A stretch of 64,000 nucleotides of DNA from Halocafeteria seosinensis. Lineage: Eukaryota. The notes beneath the pieces are model-generated. The model did no database searches, was not told the DNA's origin, and was given only the letters and a program-made list of their open reading frames with translations. Numbering within the stretch: the stretch's first letter is position 1; each line of letters starts with the position of its first letter. Below, piece by piece: positions 26,418 through 36,962 of this stretch. The stretch covers positions 1 to 64,000 of the forward strand of contig LVLI01000251.1 of assembly GCA_001687465.1 (NCBI GenBank), read 5' to 3'. The translations under genes and the position numbers were made by a program.

Positions 26418-28300
26418 TTACACACTCACGTGGTACTCCACATACACCGTTTCTTCTATTTTTCTCCCATTTAACACAAATACGTTCACGTTCCTTTTCG
26501 GTATCAAACCATCATTTTTATGACGAGGGTAAAACACATATTGTGTCCCCCAAAATTTCTGGAGACTAGGATACAAGATGGCTGCCGCGAAAGCCATTAT
26601 GCGGAAATTACGTCGCGCTTTCGTCCAGACCTCTTCTTTCTTAGTTGTGGCCTTGATTTCCCCCACCGTTCGTTGAATATATCCTACTTCTTCATTCTCT
26701 CTGAAAAGCTGTAGGGACCCCCGTGCATCTAGCTCAATTTCGTAATCTGGACCTGTTTTGTCTTCCCCTTGTGAAATGCAAGGGGATGAAAATGTAAACG
26801 AAAGCAATCCAAAGCCATCATCTGTTGTCAAATCGACTAGTTCTAAAGCCGTCAATAGATCCACAGCAAGTGCGTTTTCCATCAAAGGAGGATAATTCGG
26901 ATGAATATCATGTTTGAACTGTTCCTCACCGACACATTCTTTCAACCAATGATACTGAAGAACAGGCAAATGTCTATATTTTTTTCTCTCATCTTTATCA
27001 ATCCATTCGGCTTCTTTATCGATTGCTTTTTTGTGCCAAGTGCAGATATCTTCTTCTTGGACATCAGACTGGGTCGCCGGAATGGCTGCGTCTATCATTT
27101 CGTCCAAAACACGTATACGAGAGGGAAGTGCATTGATTGGCTTTTTTCCCTTTTCTTTGGAGGTCAACTGTCCGCGTAAGTCTACTGCGTGTTGGACTTT
27201 TTTGTCCTTCAAATCATCTTTTATATGATCTAGTTCCTTCGCCAAGGCCTTGCTCGCATCTTGCTCGGAATTGATGACCCACCAGACCAATCGATAATGG
27301 AGTCCTTCATCTTGGATGTACCTTTTTAGTTTGTCAATGCGCTGCTCCATTCTCTCATTGTGTCTAGAACCTGTGCGCGACGGATACCCAGTTTCATAAC
27401 GCTTGGGATGCGCCACCAAACGAACAAGACCTTCCAAGCCCTTTGCATTAAAATTTGAGACTCCATTCAATCCAAGGTAACCTTGCAAAGTAGGTCGGCA
27501 TGCACTTCTAACAGTGATCCAAAAGTATTATCGAGAGACTTAAATTCTTCTCGGAGAGCAGAAAACTGACCAGTAAATTCTTCTCGGAGTGCAGAAAACT
27601 GACCATTAAATTCTCCTCGGAGAGACTTATTTTCTTGTCTGAATTCTTCTCTGAGAGACTTATGTTCTTGTCGAAATTCTTCTCTGAGAGACTTATTTTC
27701 TTGTCGGAATTCTTCTCGGAGAGCAGAAAACTGACCATTAAATTCTCCTCGGAGAGCAGGAAACTGACTGTTAGTTTCTTGTTGGTAAGCGGAGAGCCTA
27801 TTCAAAATTTGTTGGAACAGCAATTCGTTCGAAGATGCTGGATTTTGTGTTCGCTCACTCGTTTCCGTTCCGCTCGTTGTTGACTCTCCCGAATTTGTGG
27901 TTTTGGTTTGCCCAGTTGCAGAAATGTTTGAGACACCTGATTGCTTACTCGTCTTCGTTCCGCTCGTTGTTGACTCTCCCGAATTTGTGGCTTTGGTTTC
28001 CCCAGTTTCAGAAATGTTTGAGACACCTGATTGCGTACTCGTCTTTGTTCCGCTCTATCACCCGCGAAAAATCGTAGGTGATACCGCTCATTCCGACGTA
28101 CGACTCGTTTGGTGAAACAGATGTAGAATTTTGCGCAGTCGACTGCTTTCTGGGGGTTTTTTTCTCCACAGTTTGTGTATGTGTAAACATTCTCACGTCT
28201 ACCGCCCCTATCGTAGACAAATCAAATATCGTTTGAGAAATATCCAGGTTGCGTACGTATGGTTCCAGTTGTGGTTGCCGTTTCGTAATGAGACGAGAAT
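26418..28300 (-). CDS. Interrupted repeat-rich putative PD-(D/E)xK nuclease (Ser/Thr repeats, 11-aa coiled-coil repeats, REase-like C-terminus; Crinkler/CR-effector-like architecture)
   Basis: The 90-bp repeat frame (SGTETSTQSGVSNISETG...) reads directly into LLFQQILNRL...(SLREEFRQENK)n...GSLLEVHADLL. One missing T at ~27488 joins this to the 356-aa ORF containing EIELDARG...VGEIK. A 34-bp insertion at 28056 shifts the frame upstream. Confidence 0.55.
27541..27771. repeat. 33-bp tandem repeat, 7 copies, encoding an 11-aa (hendecad) coiled coil
   Basis: Peptide units NGQFSALREEF and RQENKSLREEF in ORF 27467-27823. Confidence 0.9.
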
Positions 28301-28317
28301 CTGTTCGTCAAACATAA
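27857..28317 (+). repeat. Left direct repeat: about 2.2 units of a 90-bp tandem repeat plus a ~230-bp non-tandem segment shared with 30293-30979
   Basis: ACTCGT units at 27857, 27947 and 28037. The shared tail ends at TTCGTCAAACATAA (28317 and 30979). Confidence 0.92.
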
Positions 28318-28626
28318 GGGTGTGTGACACCGTGTGTCTTATTTACGGAAGTTGAAAACGTTGAAGTTGAAAAAGGTGAATTTTACCCTACCTAACGACC
28401 AAATCTGGTGGCAAGGCAAAGGGGACACACAAAATGACCCCTGGCCACTTTTTCAGCCCTCTTGAGACCAAGAAATCGGGCAATATCTTTGTAACCAGAA
28501 ATGGTTTGAAAGCAAAAATTTGACAGAGTACATAAAATATGATTGCCTTCCTCATGGTATTGCTCTCTATCCAATTGAAGACCTGAATAAAAGCGGCAAT
28601 AATAAGGGCACATTTAGAATCGGCCC

Positions 28627-29112
28627 TTATTTCTGCATCCTAGGGTATATTTGTCTGATTCCTTCTTTATTCAAGTACTTATGAAGTTTATCATTTTTAA
28701 ATTCCCCTCCATTGTCTGACAATATAGTCTTTGGTTTTCTTGGTAATTGCTTAATAATTTGTTGAATTGCATTCATTACCGTCTCCGCTCTCTTGTCATT
28801 TATAATCTTGGCATATGCTAGTCTGCTAAATACATCAATTATAACCAAAAAAATAAAGTCCCCAGAACTAGACAAATCCATTGCCATCACATTAAACGGA
28901 TCATTTGCGTTCATGCTTCTCGTTCCCTTTGTACTTGGTGGCAATGGTTTGGTTATTTGATGTAAATATTGCCTTTCTAGCCACTTTTCAAGTTCTAAGC
29001 GTGTTATTTTCATTCCTTTGTCTCTTACCACATTAAACAGCTTATCACGAGCGAATAAATTACCTTCATCATAATATATCTTCTTTAACTGCTCTTCTGT
29101 TTCTTTGTTCAT
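28627..29112 (-). pseudogene. Polinton/Maverick-type rve (DDE) integrase, C-terminally truncated
   Basis: The N-terminus LKKIYYD...KL...WLERQ...QITKP is typical of Polinton integrases. The first two catalytic motifs are present (MAMDL...IIDVFSR, ILSDNGGEF). The ORF stops before the catalytic Glu. Confidence 0.85.
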
Positions 29113-29160
29113 ATATTCTTCTTTTAAAAAAATGATTCGTAAAAATATAGAAGTATTTGA

Positions 29161-30176
29161 ATGATCGAAGAAAATTTGAAAACCAAGCTTTGTGAAAATC
29201 GAAAGCCCAGCAGTGCCACAGTTTATATGAACAACTTTAAACGCTTATTGAATACTGGTTTGGGTGTGGATATCCCAGATAATTACACAGATTTACTTGA
29301 CATTTGTTATAAAAAGCGTAATGATATCATTGTTTGGATACAACTCAATAAAAGCACCAGTTCTATAACTCCCTTTCTGCGGTCAATTCTGGTCGTGGTT
29401 GAGTGCATTAAAACCGAATTTGAGACAGATAATAACCAAGTACAAGAACTTTTAACGCTTCTTCGTCAATTTTACCATAAACACAAAACAGAGGAAAATG
29501 AAGAAGCTGTTTATAGAGAGCCTACAGACCAAGAAATTAGAACCAGAATTCTCCCCTCCGACGTAATTAACAAGTTTGAAAACTACAAAAAACAGGTCCT
29601 AAAAGCTGATCATGAAAACCATTCAGTTACTTATTTGACTCTCAAACGTTACTTAATTCTTGCTTTTTATCGTTTCCTTCCTCCTTTGCGTGGTCAAGAG
29701 ATTTTCACGCCTGTAATTGCCAATTGGAACAGTCCAACTTTACCATCTCATTATAATTACATAGATGTTGATAATTGGCGTCTTGTTAACAGAAATCACA
29801 AAACAAGCCGAACATATGGTGAGCATATAGTAGAACTTGACAACAGTGAGCTAAGAACCCATATTAAGCGTTATATAAAACTCTCTGGTTTGTCCGACGG
29901 TGATCCTCTTCTTGTTACAGACCTCAGCACAAAAAACCCGTTCATTCCCGATGGTTTAGTGATTGTGTTCGCTCAATGCTTGGGAGGGGAGTCAATGAAC
30001 TCCGTCAAATGTATGTCGCTCAATTCCTTGATGATCTTGATAAAAAAAAACACAATAAGGAGATAACTCAATCCCAGCTCCATCAGAAGCGAAAAAATTT
30101 GTCCAAGTTTATGGGAAATTCTATAGCGGTCCAAGAAACCACATACACCAAATATAGAGGTATGGAACACCAGTAA
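29161..30176 (+). CDS. Tyrosine recombinase (PLV/virophage-like), split by a -1 frameshift at ~29931-29937
   Basis: Catalytic signature in order: LPPLRGQE (R), HKTSRTYG (K), then in the -1 frame VNELRQMY (xxxR) and FMGNS...QETTY (H/N, Y). Confidence 0.75.
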
Positions 30177-30292
30177 CAACCTATATATTTACTTTCGTTA
30201 AAAGGATACACATTCAAAACTTGTTTGCAAAGCTTCAAGTTTATCAACCGCTACTACCTCAGCTAGGTAGCATATGAAGGTCATGTACGCTC

Positions 30293-30979
30293 ACCTGATT
30301 GCGTACTCGTTTCCGTTCCGCTCATTGCTGACTTCCCCAGTTTCAGAAATGTTTGAGACACCTGATTGCGTACTCGTTTCCGTTCCGCTCATTGTTGACT
30401 CTCCCGAATTTGTGGTTTTGGTTTGCCCAGTTTCAGAAATGTTTGAGACACCTGATTGCGTACTCGTCTTCGTTCCGCTCGTTGTTGACTCTCCCGAATT
30501 TGTGGTTCCAGTTTCCCCAGTTTCAGAAATGTTTGAGACACCTGATTGCGTACTCGTTTCCGTTCCGCTCATTGTTGACTCTCCCGAATTTATGATTCTG
30601 GTTTCCCCAAGTTTCAGAAATGTTTGAGACACCTGATTGCGTACTCGTTTCCGTTCCACTCATTGTTGACTCTCCCGAATTTATGATTCTGGTTTCCCCG
30701 GTTTCAGCAATGTTTGAGACACCTGACTGCGTACTCGTCTTTGTTCCGCTCATTCCGACGTACGACTCGTTTGTTGAGACAGATGTAGAATTTTGCGCAG
30801 TCGACTGCTTTTTGGTTTTTTTTTTCTCCACAGTTTGTGTATGTGTAAACATTCTCACGTCTACCGCCCCTATCGTAGACAAATCAAATATCGTTTGAGA
30901 AATATCCAGGTTGCGTACGTATGGTTTCAGTTGTGGTTACCGTTTCGTAATGAGACGAGAATCTGTTCGTCAAACATAA
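30293..30979 (+). repeat. Right direct repeat: about 5 units of the 90-bp tandem repeat plus the shared segment
   Basis: ACTCGT units at 30305, 30372, 30462, 30552, 30643 and 30733. The tail is nearly identical to 28090-28317. Confidence 0.92.
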
Positions 30980-32033
30980 CATTTACCAAAAAAGGGATTT
31001 CTCATGACGCAGTGCATATGTTAAGCCCCAAAAAAGAGATCGGGAAAAGGTTGGGATTAAAACGAGTGGGACCAACGCATACCATTGTCAACATGCAAAG
31101 TATAAAAAGGCAATGAAAACATGACAGAAATGAATAGCTTTCCTTCTGCTTCTGTCCAGAAACATCCACCCCATACCCCACACAGCGCACCCCATAGCTT
31201 TCTTGCTCCCTTGTTGCCAAAAAGGGGGCCAAAGTGTCCCAAAGGACTACGACATTCCAAGGGACCACATAGGGGGGACTAACTTGAACATGTTTTTGTG
31301 CTTTTCTTTCTTTCCCCTTCTTCGAACAGGACGAGAATTCTTTTGCTCATACGTCGCCCTATGAACACCATCAACCTCGAACATAGTGGCGCCAATACCA
31401 CAGGTATGTCGCAGTGAATATAACTGGTGTACCACACGCCATGTGCTAGACAAACAGTTCCATTACCATTATCTGATATGAGATAATTGGTACAGTATAC
31501 TTACTGTCGTGTCGTTTAGTTTTTCCCTCGTTTTCTTTTTGAATCTATTTCCGTCTATTCTTACTGCTCGTGATACGTGTGTACTTTTTTTAACATGCAA
31601 GAAAGCACTATAAGCCCTGTGCACCACCGTGAGTGTACAAAATCTGTGGCTGTTGAAGCTCTGTGCTGCTTCTTGCTGGCCACCTGAGCGGCTCAGAAAG
31701 CGTACAAGCAAATATTTGCTTCAACCAGCAGCAAATTGCATCGCCTGCTTCTACCTTGCGTAGACAGGCTGAAAAAAAATCCTTCTTTCCATTTGTCTAT
31801 CAGACTTTTGTGGAATGGGTAATCGTGCTCTGGAGCTCATTGGGGAGCTTACCAGTCGTCCCTCTTGCCTTCAAGTAAAGGACCCAGAGTGGTTTGTAGA
31901 AGATCTGGTTGACACTCACAAGAGCGCGCGGGTCCAATGTGATATCCCCGGAACAAAAGAATATCGGATGCTAAATCGGAATGTATGTATGATGACGAGG
32001 TCTTGTCTTTCGACGATCGCATGCCTGTGCGAC

Positions 32034-35000
32034 TCGGGTGTAAGTATTAGGAATTCGAAGTTCGTTAGGGGAACTGTAAGATCACCCTTGCATCCAAGAA
32101 GTGCACTGCCTGACTGGATGAGGACCCGCTGAAAATTTCAGAGCTACCGACGGTCAAGTGAGACTCACCGGAGAGTTTTGATTGTTTCCAAGAAAATTAC
32201 AGTAAGTGCTCTATCTGTTTGGTCCGCTGAGAGAAAGCAGTTATTCGTGATTTCTTGAATTTCTGAATTCAGCAGGCTAGCCGAAACGAGGCTGAAATTT
32301 TCGCGACATATACCGGTACTTGAAGTAAACGGCAAAAAAGAGCGGGTGGGCTTGCAGGCAATCATACAATTTTGTATTGCTTCCCATGTTGAAACAACAC
32401 GGTCGAAACAATACCGGAAACTTGTCAAGTCAACAACTGCAGACGGGCAGGGCTAAACGAACACTGCAGATCACTCTAGTATCGACCGCACATATTCGGA
32501 AACGATTCACAAACATACATCGATTGCAAGCGTCGATGCGAAAAAAAAGAAAAGAAAGAAAAAAAGAGTGCTGATGAAGTCTGATCAATTCTTCAAAGTG
32601 ATACTCAAGCTGCCAGAAGTGTATGGCAGGTATAACCATACCATGTGGATCGTGCACATACTGGAAGCAGCAATAAATATTCCAAATTAATCAGTCATTT
32701 ATTTCAGCGGAACGATGCTACGTAATCGGGTAATTCCAGAGACAGAGAGTTCAACTATTGTGGCCGGCGTTACCACTGCAAGGGTAACTTGATGTTATGG
32801 ATGGAGCAGACGGCTACACTAGGCGAAATGGGATCTCCTTTCTGCTCGTCTACAGAAGTAGCTATGAGAATTGATTTAGTTCATTATTTCAGAGAAATTG
32901 CCGCGGACACTAGATACAATTGTCTTCTACCTGTACACTGGGACCTACAGTAATACCAGGACTTACTGGTCGCTCCACTGCCGATCCTTCCTAAACACTG
33001 ACCTATCCATAAATTATAAAATGCATTTTCATCTTGTATTTCGCGTACCTCAACGAGTGTATTGAAGGAAAATGCTTGAAAATCTGCAAGGTTTTTGGCT
33101 CAATCTGGATTATCTGTAACTGATCCGCTACCGCCTTTTTGTAGATATTTGTAGCCTTGGCACATGCTGATATGTCAATGCCACTTTTGTTCCAACAATC
33201 CCCTTTCGCATGTTTACAGAAACCAGTATTGAAACTACCTTATATTCCCGTCCTGGTAATCATTTTCTCCCTCTTCCCACCTGTGGTCGAATTGGAAAGT
33301 GTGGTAGTCGTTTGACCGAGACGACTGCCAACGAAAGCAGACGGAGCAAGCAATACAACACTCTCTCTGCTGAATAGGTAAAGAGCGAAATCTTAATGAA
33401 GGATTCATTCGAGCATAGAAATCTGCATTTGAACGCACGTAGTTTCACGTCAGTCTCATGCGCTCAAAAAGGCTGCATCAGCAAACAGCAAAACAAAACC
33501 AAACAATTTACAATTAACACTTCCCCTTAAGAGAAACAGTATTGATAGTTGAGGTACTCATGTATTGTCCTCAACAAGGCCTCGCTTCGATGCGTCAATA
33601 CTTCTTGCAGTCATCGTATGAATTCCAGCTCAGCGACACAGCATTAACTTATCCATCCTTCCCGAAAGATCAACTCCACATACGTCGATACTAAATGCCT
33701 GTTCTCATTGCCAGTATTCGTTCATGTTTGCCAACATGTAACTGCATTTAGAAGGCCAGAATCTCCTGCTTCCCTTTTTGGTTTCGTTCTATCGTCCATC
33801 GTTCTGGTCTTCTTTAAGGGTGCTGCAGTAACTGTTAGAATAATTGAATGGATTCTGCAGCTGTGTTCTTCATCTGCTGTACGTAGTACGCCGTACCTTT
33901 TCCTGCACCCTGGAGAATCATTTTACAGTTTCACCAAAGTCGAACCTTTCTCTCTCTCTCTATGGTACACACAGAAAAAAGAAGAAAAAAAAAGAAATTC
34001 TTTGAATGGGTGTACTACCAAAGCATGCAATATACGAGGATTTGCTTGTTCGCCGCCTCCAACAACTCACACACACAGATGTCAACTGCAGAAGTGACAA
34101 GTACCACCCCACGCCGTGACCACACGGTCGCTGGGGAGCCTTGAAGTGAACCATGACGGCACATTCAGTACAGTGGATGATGTCATTGATACAAGATGAA
34201 ATATCCCTAAGAGAGCAAGAACAGGATTGGAATGGGTTTACTGCTATCTGTTGAATGAATGGTGGAGGTTCGCAGTCCGTGTATTTGGTTGGAAGAATTG
34301 TACGCTGAGAGGGGTGCACACAGCATTGCTGAATGCAGGCAATGAGACGTCCGGCAAAATTGGACTTTACGATGAGGCGGATCCTTGTTTCAAATTACCA
34401 GCTACCGTGGCGAAGTAGCTTCCGTAGTCTTTGCAAAGAGTGAGCTCGTCTTCTGACGGTTGCCGGGAACCATCAGCGCCAGCAAGGGAACCAGGCCCGT
34501 AGGCGCTAGCACCTCGCACTTCTGAGTTATCGAACATTAGAGGGTTGATGTAACCCATCGGAATGTAAATCATGCCGTGATGAGAGAAATGAGTCAAAGT
34601 CGTCAGGGCCGTCGTTTCCTGGCCACCACCTTGGGTACCAGTTGAGAAGAAAACACCTGCTGGCTTGCCGACTAGAGCCCCTTTCTGCCACAGTCCACCC
34701 GTTGCATCGAAAAATGCTTTCATTTGCGCAGGCATCATTCCGTAACGGGTAGGCAGTCCAAATAAGAGTCCGTCATACTTTGGTAAGTCTTCCGGGTCCG
34801 CAATGGGGTCTTCAGATTTGGCTGGAGCATGCATTTTCTCCAATACTGCAGGTAAACACAGACGCATTTTTCTCTTGAAACATGTAAGCGCTGGTACAAT
34901 CGCATGCTTGTATGCCACCAACCTTCGCGAGGGAGAGTTTCAGGAACTTGAGCTAGAGTTACGTTTGCTCCTTTTGCTTCAAGGCCAGGTTTGATTCCGT

Positions 35001-35839
35001 TTCGGGCCATCTGGATAAAATCGGTGGAATAAATTTTTCATAATGCTTAGTTTTACTTTTAACAACGGAAGCGATCGGCAAGCATACTCCAATACTTACT
35101 GTACGGATGTGACCATACATGGAGTAGTAGACCACCAAGATATTCGGAGTTCGGGAAGTCATTTTCTTGACTTGTATGCAATTTGCCTGCGACAGCAAAA
35201 GCCTGATAAATTTTATAGGACAGACATCTCGATGGACCAAAGCTTCCTATGTTGGTGCGCATTTGTAGCTTCGGTCGCTCGGGGAGGTATATGGGATAAC
35301 TCCGCTCCTGGTATTGTGCTGCGAGTCCCTTCAGGACCAGCATCAAGCTCCACATTTCCCCTTCTCTTGTAGCTTCCAATAGCAATCTACCCCTGGTGAA
35401 CACTTTGCTCCATGCTAGTTAGGCGGTGTTCTATATGGAACAGCCTTGTTTCTAGAAACCATTCATCCCTAAACCCCGCATTTCCGGAAACTCCAGCCGA
35501 TCATTGCATCCGCCCGGAGATGGAAATCCCTACGCCTCAACCGCATTGTCGAGCTATAACAGATACCTTGCTATTGTATACCAGGTTATCCCGTAGCACT
35601 GGAGAAGTCCACTGGCGGCTTCGTCGAGTGCATCGAAACGACACCCACAGCCTGGGCCACGAGTTGCGTCGCGTACTTACTTCTATTTAAGAGGTTAGTC
35701 GTCTTATATTGTACGTATCCCCTATGCAATAGACCTGTATCACCTATAAGTCAATCCTAGTTAATCATATTCTACATGGATCTCTACGGAACACTCTACT
35801 GTCTATGGTTTCTAGAAGCCAAGGGCAGCTGAGCCAGCA
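32034..35839 (+). repeat. Segmental duplication copy B (A1 and A2 joined directly)
   Basis: Matches 19748-20683 and then 23022-25965, with the junction at GGACCTA (~32941). Confidence 0.92.
34367..35162 (-). CDS. wrbA: NAD(P)H:quinone oxidoreductase type IV (WrbA/flavodoxin-like), copy 2, intact, 3 exons
   Basis: Same exon structure as copy 1. Spliced product reads ...VPETLPREVLEKMHAPAK...PTRYG...GGGQETT...GSRQPS. Confidence 0.92.
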
Positions 35840-36962
35840 GGCAGAGCGGAGTTTCAGCTTAACTGACAATTTTACACTTCGTTCCCTCGGCTTTGACCGT
35901 GTAATAAATGCCATAACAACCTGGTAATGGAAGGCCGTATGATTTCACTGCTGATTTGAAAAGCCAACTGCGATTTATGCTATGATGAACAGGTTCCAGT
36001 GACCCATCAAAGGCAAAAGTTCAACGGGTCATGGAAAAGTGCCATTCGAACTCATTCATTGCCACATCTCAGCTATGGCGTTTTCCATAATGCCTCAATC
36101 CACTGTGCCATCTACCATGGAGGATTCATTTCTCTTGTCATCAGGATTGTCATTGGATTGTCTACGACAGCCCCAGCAGTGGGAACACTTTACAGCCTGC
36201 ATTGAAGAGTTTCTACGTGACTCTCTGGTTTGATGGTTTGACGGGACTCGGTTTCTAGAAGCCTAAATGTTTTATCTTATACCTCCTTGCCTCCTCCTCT
36301 GTCGCGCTTGTACCAGAGAAAACAACCCACAATACCAATAGCACCACCACTGCGCCCCCACTATTGTCCGATACAGTATGCACAGACGAGGTTTCGCTGC
36401 GCCTAGATTGGCTCTAATGACAACCGTCTGCAAAACAAAGAGCCCACGAATCTGAAAGTGGGACAGAAGTTTGCCATTAATTCCGATTGTACATACTTGA
36501 GGGATATCCAGGAGTGGTTCGGGAGACGTGGTCCGACCGGGGTAGACGACACACGTCTTCAGACACTGCTCCATATGCCAACAGTGCGACGACGTAAAGA
36601 TTGGTCAGATGACTTATTTGCTTGCAATACTTGCAAGAATGTACCATCAATGTCCTCACACAGTGTGTCTAGGACCAGAAAACCGTATTTGCGTCTCGAA
36701 GTCGGCGTACATGTAGTACACTGTATCTTCTCTTGCGAACCCACCTGGAGGCAGCACGAACGGCCCACACACCCAATCCCAATATTATTTGGTATCCCGA
36801 AGAATTCCCCGAGAGTAGAAACAAAACTATCACAAGCTTCAGTCCGGAGAAGGGGATTAATCGATCTGCAGCACTTGTGGGCAAGTTGTGGCTCACAGCG
36901 TTTTGCGAACCCAGAGGCCCCAGCAGGCACGCACGGCATGCCTTATCCACAGCCCGTTCCGC

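Larger units (their letters stand above)
28318..30292. mobile_element. Endogenous Polinton-like virus/virophage-like relic (rve integrase plus tyrosine recombinase)
   Basis: Visibly AT-rich and intronless, with two divergent genes separated by 48 bp, bracketed by direct repeats. No capsid, pPolB or ATPase gene was recognised. Confidence 0.7.

Noticed and set aside
29113..29160. Giant-virus-type promoter motifs in the integrase/YR spacer
   Set aside because: No exact AAAATTGA is present, and a TCTA tetramer in AT-rich DNA is expected by chance.
30293..30750. Regularly spaced repeats resembling a CRISPR array
   Set aside because: The whole 90-bp unit repeats with no unique spacers, it encodes a Ser/Thr peptide, and the context is eukaryotic with no cas genes.
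27857..30979. LTR retrotransposon or DIRS interpretation of the direct repeats with integrase/YR
   Set aside because: No gag, RT or RNase H, no TG...CA ends, and the repeats are part of a coding exon.
36272..36960. Cys-rich short ORFs on both strands
   Set aside because: No recognisable domain or consistent exon structure.
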